Shown one piece after another: positions 27,772 through 36,789 of a stretch of 64,000 nt of DNA. Numbering within the stretch: position 1 is the stretch's first letter; each line of letters starts with the position of its first letter. The position numbers and the translations under genes were made by a program. The notes under the pieces are model-generated. The model had not been told where the DNA came from, did not search any database, and saw nothing but the letters and a program-made list of their open reading frames with translations. This stretch comes from an uncultured Clostridia bacterium (GTDB lineage Bacteria; Bacillota; Clostridia; Christensenellales; CAG-917): the NCBI GenBank assembly GCA_934277645.1, contig CAKQUX010000001.1:386110-450109 (forward strand), read 5' to 3'.

Positions 27772-27844
27772 AAAACCTCCTCTTGCCAAGAAAAGTATAT
27801 ATATTTTATTGCTTAAAGTCAAACAAATAGTTATAATATTCCGT

Positions 27845-28606
27845 ATGAGTGCATATAGCTTACAAAGTATTTTGAGTGGCCTTAGAAAGGCAGTAACCGA
27901 CTATAAAATGATTTCGGACGGCGATCACGTTGTCGTAGGTCTTTCGGGCGGAAAGGACAGTATAGTCCTTGTTACGGCTCTTAAAGCCTATCAAAGATTT
28001 TCGCCTGAAAAGTTTTCGCTTACCGCCGTAAACATAAATATCGGATTTAAAGACACAAAAGAAGAGGAAGTCGAAAGGCTTAAAGCATATCTTGCCGATA
28101 TCGACGTGCCGTTTATTCGCGAAGATACGCAAATCGCGCAAATCGTCTTCGACGAAAGAAAAGAGTCAAACCCTTGCAGCCTTTGCGCAAAAATGCGTCG
28201 CGGAGCTTTAAACGACGTCATAAACAGAATAGGCGCAAACAAACTCGCCTTGGGTCATAATGCCGACGACGTAGCCGAAACGCTTTTGATGTCGCTTATT
28301 TTTGAGGGCAGATTGTCTACTTTTCAACCCGTTTCTTATATGGACAGAAGCGGCGTTACGCTCATTCGTCCGCTCATTTATATCGACGAATGCGACGTAA
28401 AATCCATTGCAAACAAAATGAATATGCCGATTGTTCACAACCCTTGCCCGTCGAATTTCAATTCACGCAGGCAATGGGCAAAAGACAAAATCTCCGAACT
28501 CGGAAAGGAAATCCCTTTTGCAAAAGACAGAATAAAAAGCGCGATTTTCCACCCCGAACGGAACAACCTTTGGGTCAAGCCGACAGACGAAAACGGCAAG
28601 GACTAG
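27845..28606 (+). CDS. ttcA: TtcA-family PP-loop ATPase (tRNA 2-thiocytidine biosynthesis-like)
   Basis: It has the PP-loop VVGLSGGKDS and the motif SNPCSLCAKMRRG. The start is set at the ATG at 27845 (MSAYSLQS). Confidence 0.8.
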   Translation: MSAYSLQSILSGLRKAVTDYKMISDGDHVVVGLSGGKDSIVLVTALKAYQRFSPEKFSLTAVNINIGFKDTKEEEVERLKAYLADIDVPFIREDTQIAQIVFDERKESNPCSLCAKMRRGALNDVINRIGANKLALGHNADDVAETLLMSLIFEGRLSTFQPVSYMDRSGVTLIRPLIYIDECDVKSIANKMNMPIVHNPCPSNFNSRRQWAKDKISELGKEIPFAKDRIKSAIFHPERNNLWVKPTDENGKD

Positions 28607-28661
28607 CGATGCATTAAGCAAAACAAGCAGCGATAAATCGTTATATCATTCGTTATATTAT

Positions 28662-28689
28662 AAAAAAAGAGCCGTTTCGGCTCTTTTTA
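28662..28689. terminator. Bidirectional rho-independent terminator
   Basis: The hairpin agagccg-ttt-cggctct has flanking A- and T-runs. It sits between convergent ttcA and the M23 peptidase gene. Confidence 0.7.
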
Positions 28690-28702
28690 TAATACGGATT
28701 TT

Positions 28703-29389
28703 TTATTTTTCGTTAAGCACTAAAACCTCGATCGGGTTGATAAGCTCGCCGTTTTTATACACTTCGAAATGAAGATGATTGCCGTCAAGGCACTCGGTGC
28801 CCATACTGTCCGACATAGTTCCGATAACGTCGCCGCCCTTCACGGTGTCGCCGACCTTAATCGGGGTTTCTGCCGCAAGCGAACAGTATTTCGTGACAAT
28901 GCCGTCTTCGTGTTCTAAAGCGACGTAGTAGCCGTCAAGCATATTATAATCGATTTCTTTTACAACACCGTTTGCCGAAGCGTAAACGTTGTTATCGGTT
29001 TCGCTCTTAAAATCCATAGCTTCGTGTGTTTGATATTTGTTAAGCGATTGATTGTAGAACACCGACGATGCCGAATATTCGTTTGTAACCGAGCCGTTTA
29101 CAGGAACGTTGAATACCGTTTTTTGTTTTTCAGGCTCTTTGTCCGGTTCGCTAGGAGTTGGTTTATCTTGCTCGCCGTCGCTTGGTTTATCTTGTTCGCC
29201 GCCGCCTATCGTCGTTTTAGAATCGTCCGTGATACTGATATTCGTATCTTGTCCTTTCTTGCTTTGCGATACGGCGACGCCGACCATCGTGGCGACTGCG
29301 CCTATACACAAAACAATCAGGAAATAGTAGCCGTTCTTTTTAAAGAACGCTTTAACTTTTGCCCACTTTTCTGAATTGTTTTTTTCCAT
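28703..29389 (-). CDS. M23 (LytM-type) peptidoglycan endopeptidase with N-terminal membrane anchor
   Basis: It has a TM helix (YYFLIVLCIGAVATMVGVAV), a Pro/Asp/Glu/Lys linker and the M23 motifs HEAMDF and GNHLHFEV. The start at 29389 is preceded by GGAGG. Confidence 0.85.
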   Translation of the reverse strand: MEKNNSEKWAKVKAFFKKNGYYFLIVLCIGAVATMVGVAVSQSKKGQDTNISITDDSKTTIGGGEQDKPSDGEQDKPTPSEPDKEPEKQKTVFNVPVNGSVTNEYSASSVFYNQSLNKYQTHEAMDFKSETDNNVYASANGVVKEIDYNMLDGYYVALEHEDGIVTKYCSLAAETPIKVGDTVKGGDVIGTMSDSMGTECLDGNHLHFEVYKNGELINPIEVLVLNEK

Positions 29390-29537
29390 AAAACCTCCGC
29401 TGTGGTGATTATTGACAGCGGAAAATTTTTTATACACGATAAATTAAATTTTTTGTACTCTTGTATGCTAGCCCACGACTGCGATTCTATGAACCGTCTG
29501 CATAACATTGTTTTAACAATCGTTTTGCAAGAACCTT

Positions 29538-29570
29538 ATAAAAATAAAGGAACGCTGTTCGGCGTTCCTT
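29538..29570 (-). terminator. Rho-independent terminator after the SSS transporter gene
   Basis: On the minus strand aaggaacgc-cgaaca-gcgttcctt is followed by TATTTTTAT. Confidence 0.6.
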
Positions 29571-29654
29571 AGCTACTACTCGATAAATCAAAATTTATAA
29601 ATTTAATTTTCCGAGAAACTTAATTCGATTATTCTTTATCTTAGTTTTGATATG

Positions 29655-31349
29655 CTATTTTATATCGTTAATATCGGCTTCGTTTTCGATTTGTTCGGTC
29701 TTATCTCTGCTATCAAGCATTGCTTCATAACTTTCACACTCTTCGACTACTCTGCCGTTCATTTCTTCGACGTCGATTTCCTTAGGCTCAAAGAAAACCT
29801 TGTCCAAGGTCGCCTTGCTTACGGCGCACTTTTTATCGAAGATTACGCTGAAAACAGGAGTCACGATAAGCGAAGTTATCATATCGATAACGCCGATAAG
29901 CGGACTTCTGCCGACGCCGACTTTTATCGCTTGTCCAAAAGATATGCCGTCGGGTGACAAACCGTATCCCAAAGCGAATATCAAAATTACGGTCATAACG
30001 AGTGACGCAATAATAGAAGCGTACGCGCCTGCTTTATTCATTTTTTTGAAATACAGCCCGAAAACGTACGGACCGATAAAGCAACCTGCAAGCACACCCC
30101 AGCTAAGCGACATTAAGGTGACGATTGCGTCGATTTGTACGATTGCAAAAACCGCGCTGAGCGCAACGAACACAAGGCATAAGCAGCGAAGCAAAATGTT
30201 GGTGTTCTTTTCAGGAAGTTTCGGCTTGACGTAACCTTTAACAAAGTCCATAGTTACGGTTGACGACGAAGAGAGCGACAATGCCGCAAGAGTCGACATA
30301 CTTGCCGAGAAAAGCAAAACGATGATAAGTCCCAAAAGAGCCGACGGCAAGTTTTTGGTTATCATTTCGGGAACGAGCATATCGGTGTTAGAACCGAGCT
30401 GCGCAAAGCGTTCCGCCGACACGAACTTTGTTACGAAACTACCCATAAAGTATGCGCCGCCACCGACGATAAGCGAAAATAAGGTTGAAATTATCGTTCC
30501 CTTTTTGATAGCGTCGTTATCTTTTACGGCATAGAATTTATGTATCGATTGCGGCAATGCCCAAATGCCGAACGACGTCAAAAGAGTTATGATAATAACG
30601 TTGAAAAGCGGACTGTCGATAAATCTTCCGCTTGCCGAATTTGCAGTAGGAATAAGTCCCTTCCCGCTGTCGGCAATAGATTTTAAACCTTCGCCCCAGT
30701 TCATATTTCCGTTTCCGAGCAATACGAAAACCGCCGTCACGATTCCCACAATCATTATACAGCCTTGAATAAAGTCGGTAATACTCGTTGCGAAATAGCC
30801 GCCCAAGAAAAGGTACAAAGCGGTAAGAACTGCAAGAATCAAGATACACCAAACCGATTTAAGTCCGAAAACCGATTCAAAAACGTATCCGAGTCCTTGA
30901 TAAACCGATGACGAATAAGGAATAAGAAAAATGAAAATAACGATAGACGCAATAAGTTTGATATGTTTGCTGTCATATCTTTTTTCAAAGAAATCGGGCA
31001 TTGTTTTTGCGCCGATATTGTTAGTCATAATTTTAGTACGACGAGCAAGCACAATCCAAGCGATAAGCGTTCCGAAAATCGTATTGCCTATGCCTATCCA
31101 AATTGCGGATAGTCCAAAACTCCAACCGAACTTGCCTGCGTATCCGACAAATACGACCGCCGAAAAATAAGTTGCGCCGTATGCAAACGCGGTCAACCAA
31201 CCGCCGACGCCCTTTTTAGAAAATAAAAACTCGTTGACCGACGAACTCTTTCTTCGGCAGACTATCGAAACGACGATAATCATCAAAATGTAAAGAGCAA
31301 AAATTATGTATGCGGCAACGTTTGTGGCAGAAATCGAAAAACTAAACAT
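29655..31349 (-). CDS. Sodium:solute symporter family (SSS) transporter with ~60-aa acidic cytoplasmic tail
   Basis: This 564-aa protein has ~13 TM segments and SSS-like segments (GGWLTAFAYGATYFSAVVFVGYAG). Confidence 0.8.
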   Translation of the reverse strand: MFSFSISATNVAAYIIFALYILMIIVVSIVCRRKSSSVNEFLFSKKGVGGWLTAFAYGATYFSAVVFVGYAGKFGWSFGLSAIWIGIGNTIFGTLIAWIVLARRTKIMTNNIGAKTMPDFFEKRYDSKHIKLIASIVIFIFLIPYSSSVYQGLGYVFESVFGLKSVWCILILAVLTALYLFLGGYFATSITDFIQGCIMIVGIVTAVFVLLGNGNMNWGEGLKSIADSGKGLIPTANSASGRFIDSPLFNVIIITLLTSFGIWALPQSIHKFYAVKDNDAIKKGTIISTLFSLIVGGGAYFMGSFVTKFVSAERFAQLGSNTDMLVPEMITKNLPSALLGLIIVLLFSASMSTLAALSLSSSSTVTMDFVKGYVKPKLPEKNTNILLRCLCLVFVALSAVFAIVQIDAIVTLMSLSWGVLAGCFIGPYVFGLYFKKMNKAGAYASIIASLVMTVILIFALGYGLSPDGISFGQAIKVGVGRSPLIGVIDMITSLIVTPVFSVIFDKKCAVSKATLDKVFFEPKEIDVEEMNGRVVEECESYEAMLDSRDKTEQIENEADINDIK

Positions 31350-31351
31350 TT

Positions 31352-32143
31352 CTACCCCTTCATAAGCGGAATAATGTCTTTGACTTTATCGAGCATAACG
31401 TCAGGTTTAATTTCCGACTTGTCCGCCATTTCCTTTGTAGTTTCGCCCGACAAAACCAAAATCGAAACAAATCCGCAGTTTTTGCCAAAAGCTATATCGG
31501 TGTAAAGTCTGTCGCCTACCATAGCGATTTGCGACGGAGGAAGGTTGTATCTCTTTGAAATTCTGTCGCCTGCAATAGAATGAGGCTTGCCCATAATATA
31601 TTCGGGAACTCTGTCCGTCGTAAGTCTTATTGCCTCGATAAACGCGCCTACGTCAGGCATAGGACACTCTTCGGCAGGACAGTTGAAGTCAGGGTGAGTA
31701 GCGATATAAGGAATGCCCTTTTTGATAAATTTGCAAAATTGATAAAGTCTGTCGTAAGTCAAAGTCGTATCGAAACCTAAAACCGCAATGTCAGGGTCTG
31801 TATCGGTAAGCTCGATGCCGTAAAGCAAAAATTCGGAGCGCAAACGTTCGTTGCCCAAAAGATAAACCTTGCTTCCTCTGAAATGGTCCAAGATATATTC
31901 GCAAGTTACTTGTCCGCTTGTGTAAATTTCGTCCGAGTATACCCTAAGACCGAGATTGTTAAGTCTTGCGATATAGTCGGTGTGCATTCTGGACGAATTG
32001 TTCGTAAAAAAGCAAATACGTTTGCCCATTTTTCTGAGTTCGTTTACGGCTTCGAATGAACCTTCGATTTCGTTGTCACCGATATAAACCGTTCCGTCAA
32101 GGTCAAACAAAAACAATTCGACGTTTTTAATATCTTTTGTCAT
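31352..32143 (-). CDS. HAD-IIA family phosphatase (NagD/AraL-like)
   Basis: It has HAD motif I (FLFDLDGTVY) and GDRLYTDI. The start is set at the ATG at 32143, preceded by AAGGAG. Confidence 0.8.
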   Translation of the reverse strand: MTKDIKNVELFLFDLDGTVYIGDNEIEGSFEAVNELRKMGKRICFFTNNSSRMHTDYIARLNNLGLRVYSDEIYTSGQVTCEYILDHFRGSKVYLLGNERLRSEFLLYGIELTDTDPDIAVLGFDTTLTYDRLYQFCKFIKKGIPYIATHPDFNCPAEECPMPDVGAFIEAIRLTTDRVPEYIMGKPHSIAGDRISKRYNLPPSQIAMVGDRLYTDIAFGKNCGFVSILVLSGETTKEMADKSEIKPDVMLDKVKDIIPLMKG

Positions 32144-32156
32144 TTTAACTCCTTTG

Positions 32157-33344
32157 TTAAATATAATCTTCAAGCGCGCCCGTAGCTTTCGCATAACCGA
32201 GCAAGCCTTTTGACGTTTCGCCTGCAAGAGCCATTATCGAAAGCAACTCTTTTGAAGAAAAATTCTCTTTAAGCCAAAAACCTGCGTCGTCGTAAATTCT
32301 GCGCCAACGCCTTTGACTTGTCGAATAATCTATTTCTTCAAGGCAAGAGAGCAAATCGAGCCTATATTCTTCTAATATATATTTAATTCTAAAATAGCTG
32401 TTCACGGTTAAAAAGTCAATTCTTTTTAATAACAAATTGAATGAAAGCCCGCATTTCTTTTCAAGAAGCTTCATCGATTTGATTTTGTCGGGCGGCAATA
32501 ATACGTCGTAAGCCGACGAACTTAAAAAGCACTTGTAGTATCCCCAAAGAACGTACGACGCAATAAACATATATTCTCCGCGTCCCCTAGTCTTGTCGGT
32601 GAGTTGCAAAATCTCGCAAAAAGTCTCGACTCCGCCTTTGAAATTTTCGTTTCTTTTCCTTTCGGACAAGTTTAAAAGATACCAGAACAGCTCGTCGACG
32701 TTCGGCGATAAGTCGATTGTCTGTTGCTTTATCGCGCGTTTAAAAACTTCCGATATGCTCTCGCCGTCACGGAACCCTAAAAGCGACTTCCCCGACGTTT
32801 TGTCGGCAACGCATTTCTCGAAAATTTTAAGCCTTTCCGCCAAAGCTATTCCCCAACCTGCCGCGAGCAATGGTTTCGGGCAGTCTTCGAGCACGGCAAT
32901 ATCGGCAACGATTAAACTTGCGATTTTAGCGTCGGGCGTTTCGCCTGCGCCGTAAAGAAATCTGTCACTGCTCGGAGCCGTAACGAACAATGCGAAATCC
33001 ACGTTCAAAGAGGTTGCGACCGCGCTGCAAATTTTTGCCGCTCGTTCCGTTCCGACGCCGATGACGTATCTGACGTATTCGGGAATTTGTTCTGCCGCCA
33101 CAAGCGATTTTTCATCGCTTAAACCGCTATCGAGCTTGCATTCGTACACGTCGATTTTACCCGTTTTCAAGTTTGCTAAAACCTTTTCGGCAACTCGAGC
33201 TTCGTCACCGTAATATAAAAACGCAACGTGTCCCGCTTTAAACTCATCGGGAATAAGCGACGGCAAAACCGACGCCATGTTTTCTCCGAGATATACGTCC
33301 GCATTTCCTATTTTTTCATATTGCACTCCGCCAAAATCAGTCAT
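32157..33344 (-). CDS. DHQS-like / glycerol-1-phosphate dehydrogenase-like fold protein with degenerate cofactor and metal motifs
   Basis: The segment VIGVGTERAAKICSAVA...FVTAPSSDRF parallels the GGG..D.aK and PT.aS.DG layout of Fe-ADH/G1PDH enzymes. The glycine motif is degenerate, and the whole protein has a single His. Confidence 0.35.
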   Translation of the reverse strand: MTDFGGVQYEKIGNADVYLGENMASVLPSLIPDEFKAGHVAFLYYGDEARVAEKVLANLKTGKIDVYECKLDSGLSDEKSLVAAEQIPEYVRYVIGVGTERAAKICSAVATSLNVDFALFVTAPSSDRFLYGAGETPDAKIASLIVADIAVLEDCPKPLLAAGWGIALAERLKIFEKCVADKTSGKSLLGFRDGESISEVFKRAIKQQTIDLSPNVDELFWYLLNLSERKRNENFKGGVETFCEILQLTDKTRGRGEYMFIASYVLWGYYKCFLSSSAYDVLLPPDKIKSMKLLEKKCGLSFNLLLKRIDFLTVNSYFRIKYILEEYRLDLLSCLEEIDYSTSQRRWRRIYDDAGFWLKENFSSKELLSIMALAGETSKGLLGYAKATGALEDYI

Positions 33345-33550
33345 AAATAACCTCGCTTACTATCATATTCGATGCAACTTTAACATAACGACAAACGAAT
33401 ATTTCAATAGCTTTTGACGGCATTTGTCGACTATTTAAATCTTTTGTTAAATGCTCTTTTTGTCTTTATACAATCAAAAACTCAAAACGTGAACGAAGCG
33501 ATTTTAAGGTTAAAGCAATATGAAAACTTTTCAACAAATACAAGCGGCAT

Positions 33551-33579
33551 AAAAAAACTCCCTTGCCTGAGCAAGGGAG
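33551..33579 (-). terminator. Rho-independent terminator
   Basis: On the minus strand ctcccttgc-tcag-gcaagggag is followed by TTTTTTT, 7 nt after the stop of the XRE-cupin gene. Confidence 0.75.
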
Positions 33580-33585
33580 CCGAGC

Positions 33586-34143
33586 TTATTCGTTTATGAC
33601 GGTCAAAAACTTTGCGTCTTTTCCGTCCATTGCAAGCTGAGCATGTGGCAGTGACGGGTCGAAATAAATCGAATCGCCTTCACGAAGGAAATAATCTTTG
33701 TCACCGACAATGACTCTGAGTTTGCCTTCCAAAACGAAATTGAACTCCTGACCGCCGTGCATAACGAGTTCGGGAGTGTCCGTCGGCGCAATCGTGACGA
33801 GCATCGGATTCATCGACTTGCATTTGAAATCAGCCGCAAGCGACGTAAAAGAATAGCCGTCGTAACGATTGACCGAAACGCCCTTTCCGTCGTAAACGAC
33901 GACAGCCGTTTCTTTTGTCGGCATAACGCCGTCCAAAACGTATTTCGGTTCCGTTCCCAACAAACTTGAAAACTTATAAATAAGGTTTATCGGCATTTCT
34001 TTTTCGCACGTTTCGTAGGCGACGTATTCGGCTTCGGGGATATTCAGCATATCCGCAATGTCCGCCGTCGAATAGTCGGAAAACGTTCTGAGTTCGACAA
34101 GTCTTGCCGCTACTTTTGCATAATCTTCAATATTTCCTGCCAT
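33586..34143 (-). CDS. XRE-family HTH transcriptional regulator with C-terminal cupin domain
   Basis: The HTH segment is STADIADMLNIPEAEYVAYE and the cupin segment is GQEFNFVLEGKL..GDSIYFDPSLPH. Confidence 0.85.
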   Translation of the reverse strand: MAGNIEDYAKVAARLVELRTFSDYSTADIADMLNIPEAEYVAYETCEKEMPINLIYKFSSLLGTEPKYVLDGVMPTKETAVVVYDGKGVSVNRYDGYSFTSLAADFKCKSMNPMLVTIAPTDTPELVMHGGQEFNFVLEGKLRVIVGDKDYFLREGDSIYFDPSLPHAQLAMDGKDAKFLTVINE

Positions 34144-34159
34144 AATCGATTCCTAAAAA

Positions 34160-34360
34160 TTATTCAGCGATAACTTTGTTAAGCGCGTTAACGAGTTCTT
34201 CGATATCGATGCCGTGAACTGCCGCAGCTTCTTCAAGAGTTTCGTTGTGCGCGATAGCGCAACCCAAGCAATGCATACCGAATTGCATAAGAGTGTCGGC
34301 GATTTTTTCTGCGTCGCCAAGAGTCAAAAGGTCTGCAATCAACATATCTTTTCTTACCAT
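34160..34360 (-). CDS. DUF1858-type small protein (hybrid-cluster-protein-associated redox disulfide domain)
   Basis: This 66-aa protein has GMHCLGCAIAHNETLEEAAAVHGID. Confidence 0.7.
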   Translation of the reverse strand: MVRKDMLIADLLTLGDAEKIADTLMQFGMHCLGCAIAHNETLEEAAAVHGIDIEELVNALNKVIAE

Positions 34361-34446
34361 AACTATATCTCCTTTAATCTTTTAATTATTATTTGCAGAA
34401 AGCGAACAAATAACCGCTATAGTTTTTGCCGCCCTTTGCCGCACAT

Positions 34447-34475
34447 ATTATATGTCATAAAAATTTTACTGTCAA
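34447..34475 (-). promoter_or_regulatory. Consensus sigma-A promoter for the DUF1858 / XRE-cupin unit
   Basis: On the minus strand, TTGACA (34475..34470) is followed by an exactly 17-nt spacer and TATAAT (34452..34447). Confidence 0.6.
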
Positions 34476-34492
34476 TCGAGGCGCAAAGCTAA

Positions 34493-35554
34493 TTATCCTA
34501 AAAGTCCCGAAAAACCGAACAACCATACAAGCAAAGCGGCAAGTCCCAGTCCTAAAAGAACAAGCAATAAAATCTTGAAGAAAGATTTAGGCGTTTTTCC
34601 GTAAGCCTTGCCCGTTCTTGCATTGACAAAATGCATATAGTTCTTTTTGCGATAATGATATGCAAAAATCCAGATAGGAACAAACACGTACTTAAACTTG
34701 ACGGGGTTGTAAGTCGACGAAATGTTGATATAGTCGAGAACGTCATAGCTGTATTGCGACAAAATGCCTTTTTTGATTGCGGCATCCATCATATTTTTTG
34801 CCGTTCCGAACGATTCTTCAAGCGACGTATTGTATCTTTCAGCTTGCATACCCGCAACGTATTTGCTGTCGTATGCGACTTGGTTTGCATAGTCGAAAGG
34901 TGCAAGTTTAGAAAGGTCCTTTTGCGTCAGGTGCGAACTTGCTTCAACCGCAACGCTGTTGAACGTTTGGCTGAAATTGCCCGAAATGTATTTATATCTG
35001 ACTCTTCTTTCGGTGCGCTTGTTTTCGCCGCTTCCGACCGTGACGTAATAATATTCGCCGATTCGACCTTCATACGACGAACTTGTGTTTGCGTCGAACA
35101 AAAACACAGGGGTATAAACACCGTTGCATTTGTTCGGATCAAAGCCCTTTTTCAATCGAAGCGGAGCAAAAAAGTTTTTCTTTATGGACTTTCTTGCAAA
35201 ATCGCTCGCTTCTTCCCTTGTGACTTTGAACGGCAAAATGCTGTCGGGTTTAAGTCCCGGGAGAGTGTCCGTTTTTTGAACGTTGGTTGCGCCGCAAAAC
35301 GGGCAAACGACCGACGTGGAAAAATCGGAAATTTCCATTTCGCTGTCGCAGTTAGGACATCTGACGACTAAGCCTTCGAAACTGACGGCTCCTTCGTTTT
35401 TAAAAGTGTAATAATCTCTTGCCGCAGTAGCTTTTGCTTCGACCGTCTTTGACGAGCCGCAATAAGGGCAAGTAAGACGACCGCTTGCGATGTCAAACGA
35501 CATATCGGCGCCGCAAGCCTCGCATTTTACGACTTCGGATTTATCTCTTGACAT
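34493..35554 (-). CDS. Zinc-ribbon membrane protein (YdjG-like partner of the SPFH protein)
   Basis: It has two CxxC..CxxC ribbons (CEACGAD..CPYCGS and CPNCDSE..CPFCGA) and a C-terminal TM helix (ILLLVLLGLGLAALLVWLF). The start is either 35572 or the TAATG-coupled ATG at 35554. Confidence 0.65.
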   Translation of the reverse strand: MSRDKSEVVKCEACGADMSFDIASGRLTCPYCGSSKTVEAKATAARDYYTFKNEGAVSFEGLVVRCPNCDSEMEISDFSTSVVCPFCGATNVQKTDTLPGLKPDSILPFKVTREEASDFARKSIKKNFFAPLRLKKGFDPNKCNGVYTPVFLFDANTSSSYEGRIGEYYYVTVGSGENKRTERRVRYKYISGNFSQTFNSVAVEASSHLTQKDLSKLAPFDYANQVAYDSKYVAGMQAERYNTSLEESFGTAKNMMDAAIKKGILSQYSYDVLDYINISSTYNPVKFKYVFVPIWIFAYHYRKKNYMHFVNARTGKAYGKTPKSFFKILLLVLLGLGLAALLVWLFGFSGLLG

Positions 35555-36693
35555 TAAAGTTTTTCTCCGCATTCAGGGCAGAATTTTGCGCCCGATTTTA
35601 CTTCGGCTCCGCACTTAGGGCAAGCCTTTTGAATTTTTGCTCCGCATTCAGGACAGAACTTTGCCGTGGACTTTATTTCCGCTCCGCACTTAGGACATGG
35701 CATCATTCCGATAACGGTTTGTTTTGCGCCACATTCAGGACAGAACTTTGCGCCCTTTTTGATTTGCGCGCCGCACTTTGAGCATTTGCCCATTTCGACC
35801 TGAGAAGCGGTAGCTGCCTTAGGTTGTTGGTTGAGCGTTCCGAATTGTTGCGCCATCATTTGTCCCATAGCAATACCTGCGCTCATATTCATGCCCATAT
35901 CGGCAGCTCCGCCACTCGACGGTTTTGCCGCCATATCGCGCATGGCTTTCGTTGCGTTGTATTGTTGATATTCTCCCATCTTGTCGCTAAGAATTCCGAT
36001 TGTCGAACGCTCGTCAAGAGCCTTTTCGACCTCAGGCGGAAGCGAAAGATTTTGAATTGTAACTTGCGTAATTTCGATACCGATTTCGGCAAAGGTTGCG
36101 CTTGCGATTTCTTTTGTCTTGTCGCCGATTTCGAGATAGCTCGAGCAAAGGTCGAGAGCAGGAATTTTGCTTTCGCCGATGCTGTCGGTCAACGTTGCGA
36201 GGATTCTGTTTTTAAGGTGATTTTCGATATCGGCGGTCGTAAACGATTTAACCGTTCCGAAAATCTCACGCATAAACAAAGCGGCGTCGCTGACTCTGAA
36301 CGAGAAGTTGCCGAATCCGCGAAGTCTGATTGCGCCGAAGTCGGCGTCACGCATCATGATAGGATTTGTCGTGCCGAATTTGACGTTTGTAAATTGTTTG
36401 GTGTTTACAAAATAGACGTCTGCTTCTTTCGGGTTTTCAAATGCGTATTTCCAGTTGCAGAGTTTGGTAAGAATTGGAATATTGCCCGTGTCGAGCGAAT
36501 ATGTGCCGGGCGCGAAAACATCGGCGATTCTACCCTTTGAAGTGAATATTGCAACTTGCGATTCGTTTACGACAAGTTTAGAACCCTTCATAATTGCATA
36601 TCTGTCGTCCACGATATAACGATAGACGATTGTTGTATTCGAGTCATCTTTCCATTCGATAACTTTAAGTAATTGCTTTTTTAAAAAGCCCAT
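35554..36693 (-). CDS. SPFH/band-7 superfamily protein of the COG4260 / YdjI type with three C-terminal zinc ribbons
   Basis: The N-terminus is MGFLKKQLLKVIEWKDDSNTTIVYRY..GSKLVVNESQVAIF. The C-terminus has three copies of C.KCGA.(I/V)K.(G/T)AKFCPECG(A/E)K. Confidence 0.75.
   Translation of the reverse strand: MGFLKKQLLKVIEWKDDSNTTIVYRYIVDDRYAIMKGSKLVVNESQVAIFTSKGRIADVFAPGTYSLDTGNIPILTKLCNWKYAFENPKEADVYFVNTKQFTNVKFGTTNPIMMRDADFGAIRLRGFGNFSFRVSDAALFMREIFGTVKSFTTADIENHLKNRILATLTDSIGESKIPALDLCSSYLEIGDKTKEIASATFAEIGIEITQVTIQNLSLPPEVEKALDERSTIGILSDKMGEYQQYNATKAMRDMAAKPSSGGAADMGMNMSAGIAMGQMMAQQFGTLNQQPKAATASQVEMGKCSKCGAQIKKGAKFCPECGAKQTVIGMMPCPKCGAEIKSTAKFCPECGAKIQKACPKCGAEVKSGAKFCPECGEKL
35557..35790 (-). 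repeat. Three tandem zinc-ribbon coding repeats (also recognisable at nucleotide level)
   Basis: The repeats are CSKCGAQIKKGAKFCPECGAK, CPKCGAEIKSTAKFCPECGAK and CPKCGAEVKSGAKFCPECGEK. Confidence 0.85.
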
Positions 36694-36789
36694 TTTGACC
36701 TCCGTTACTTTAAAAAGTAAATTATTTCTTTGAGTGCATTATAACATAATGCGGTTTAATTTTCAACAAATTTTGTAAATTTTTTATTC

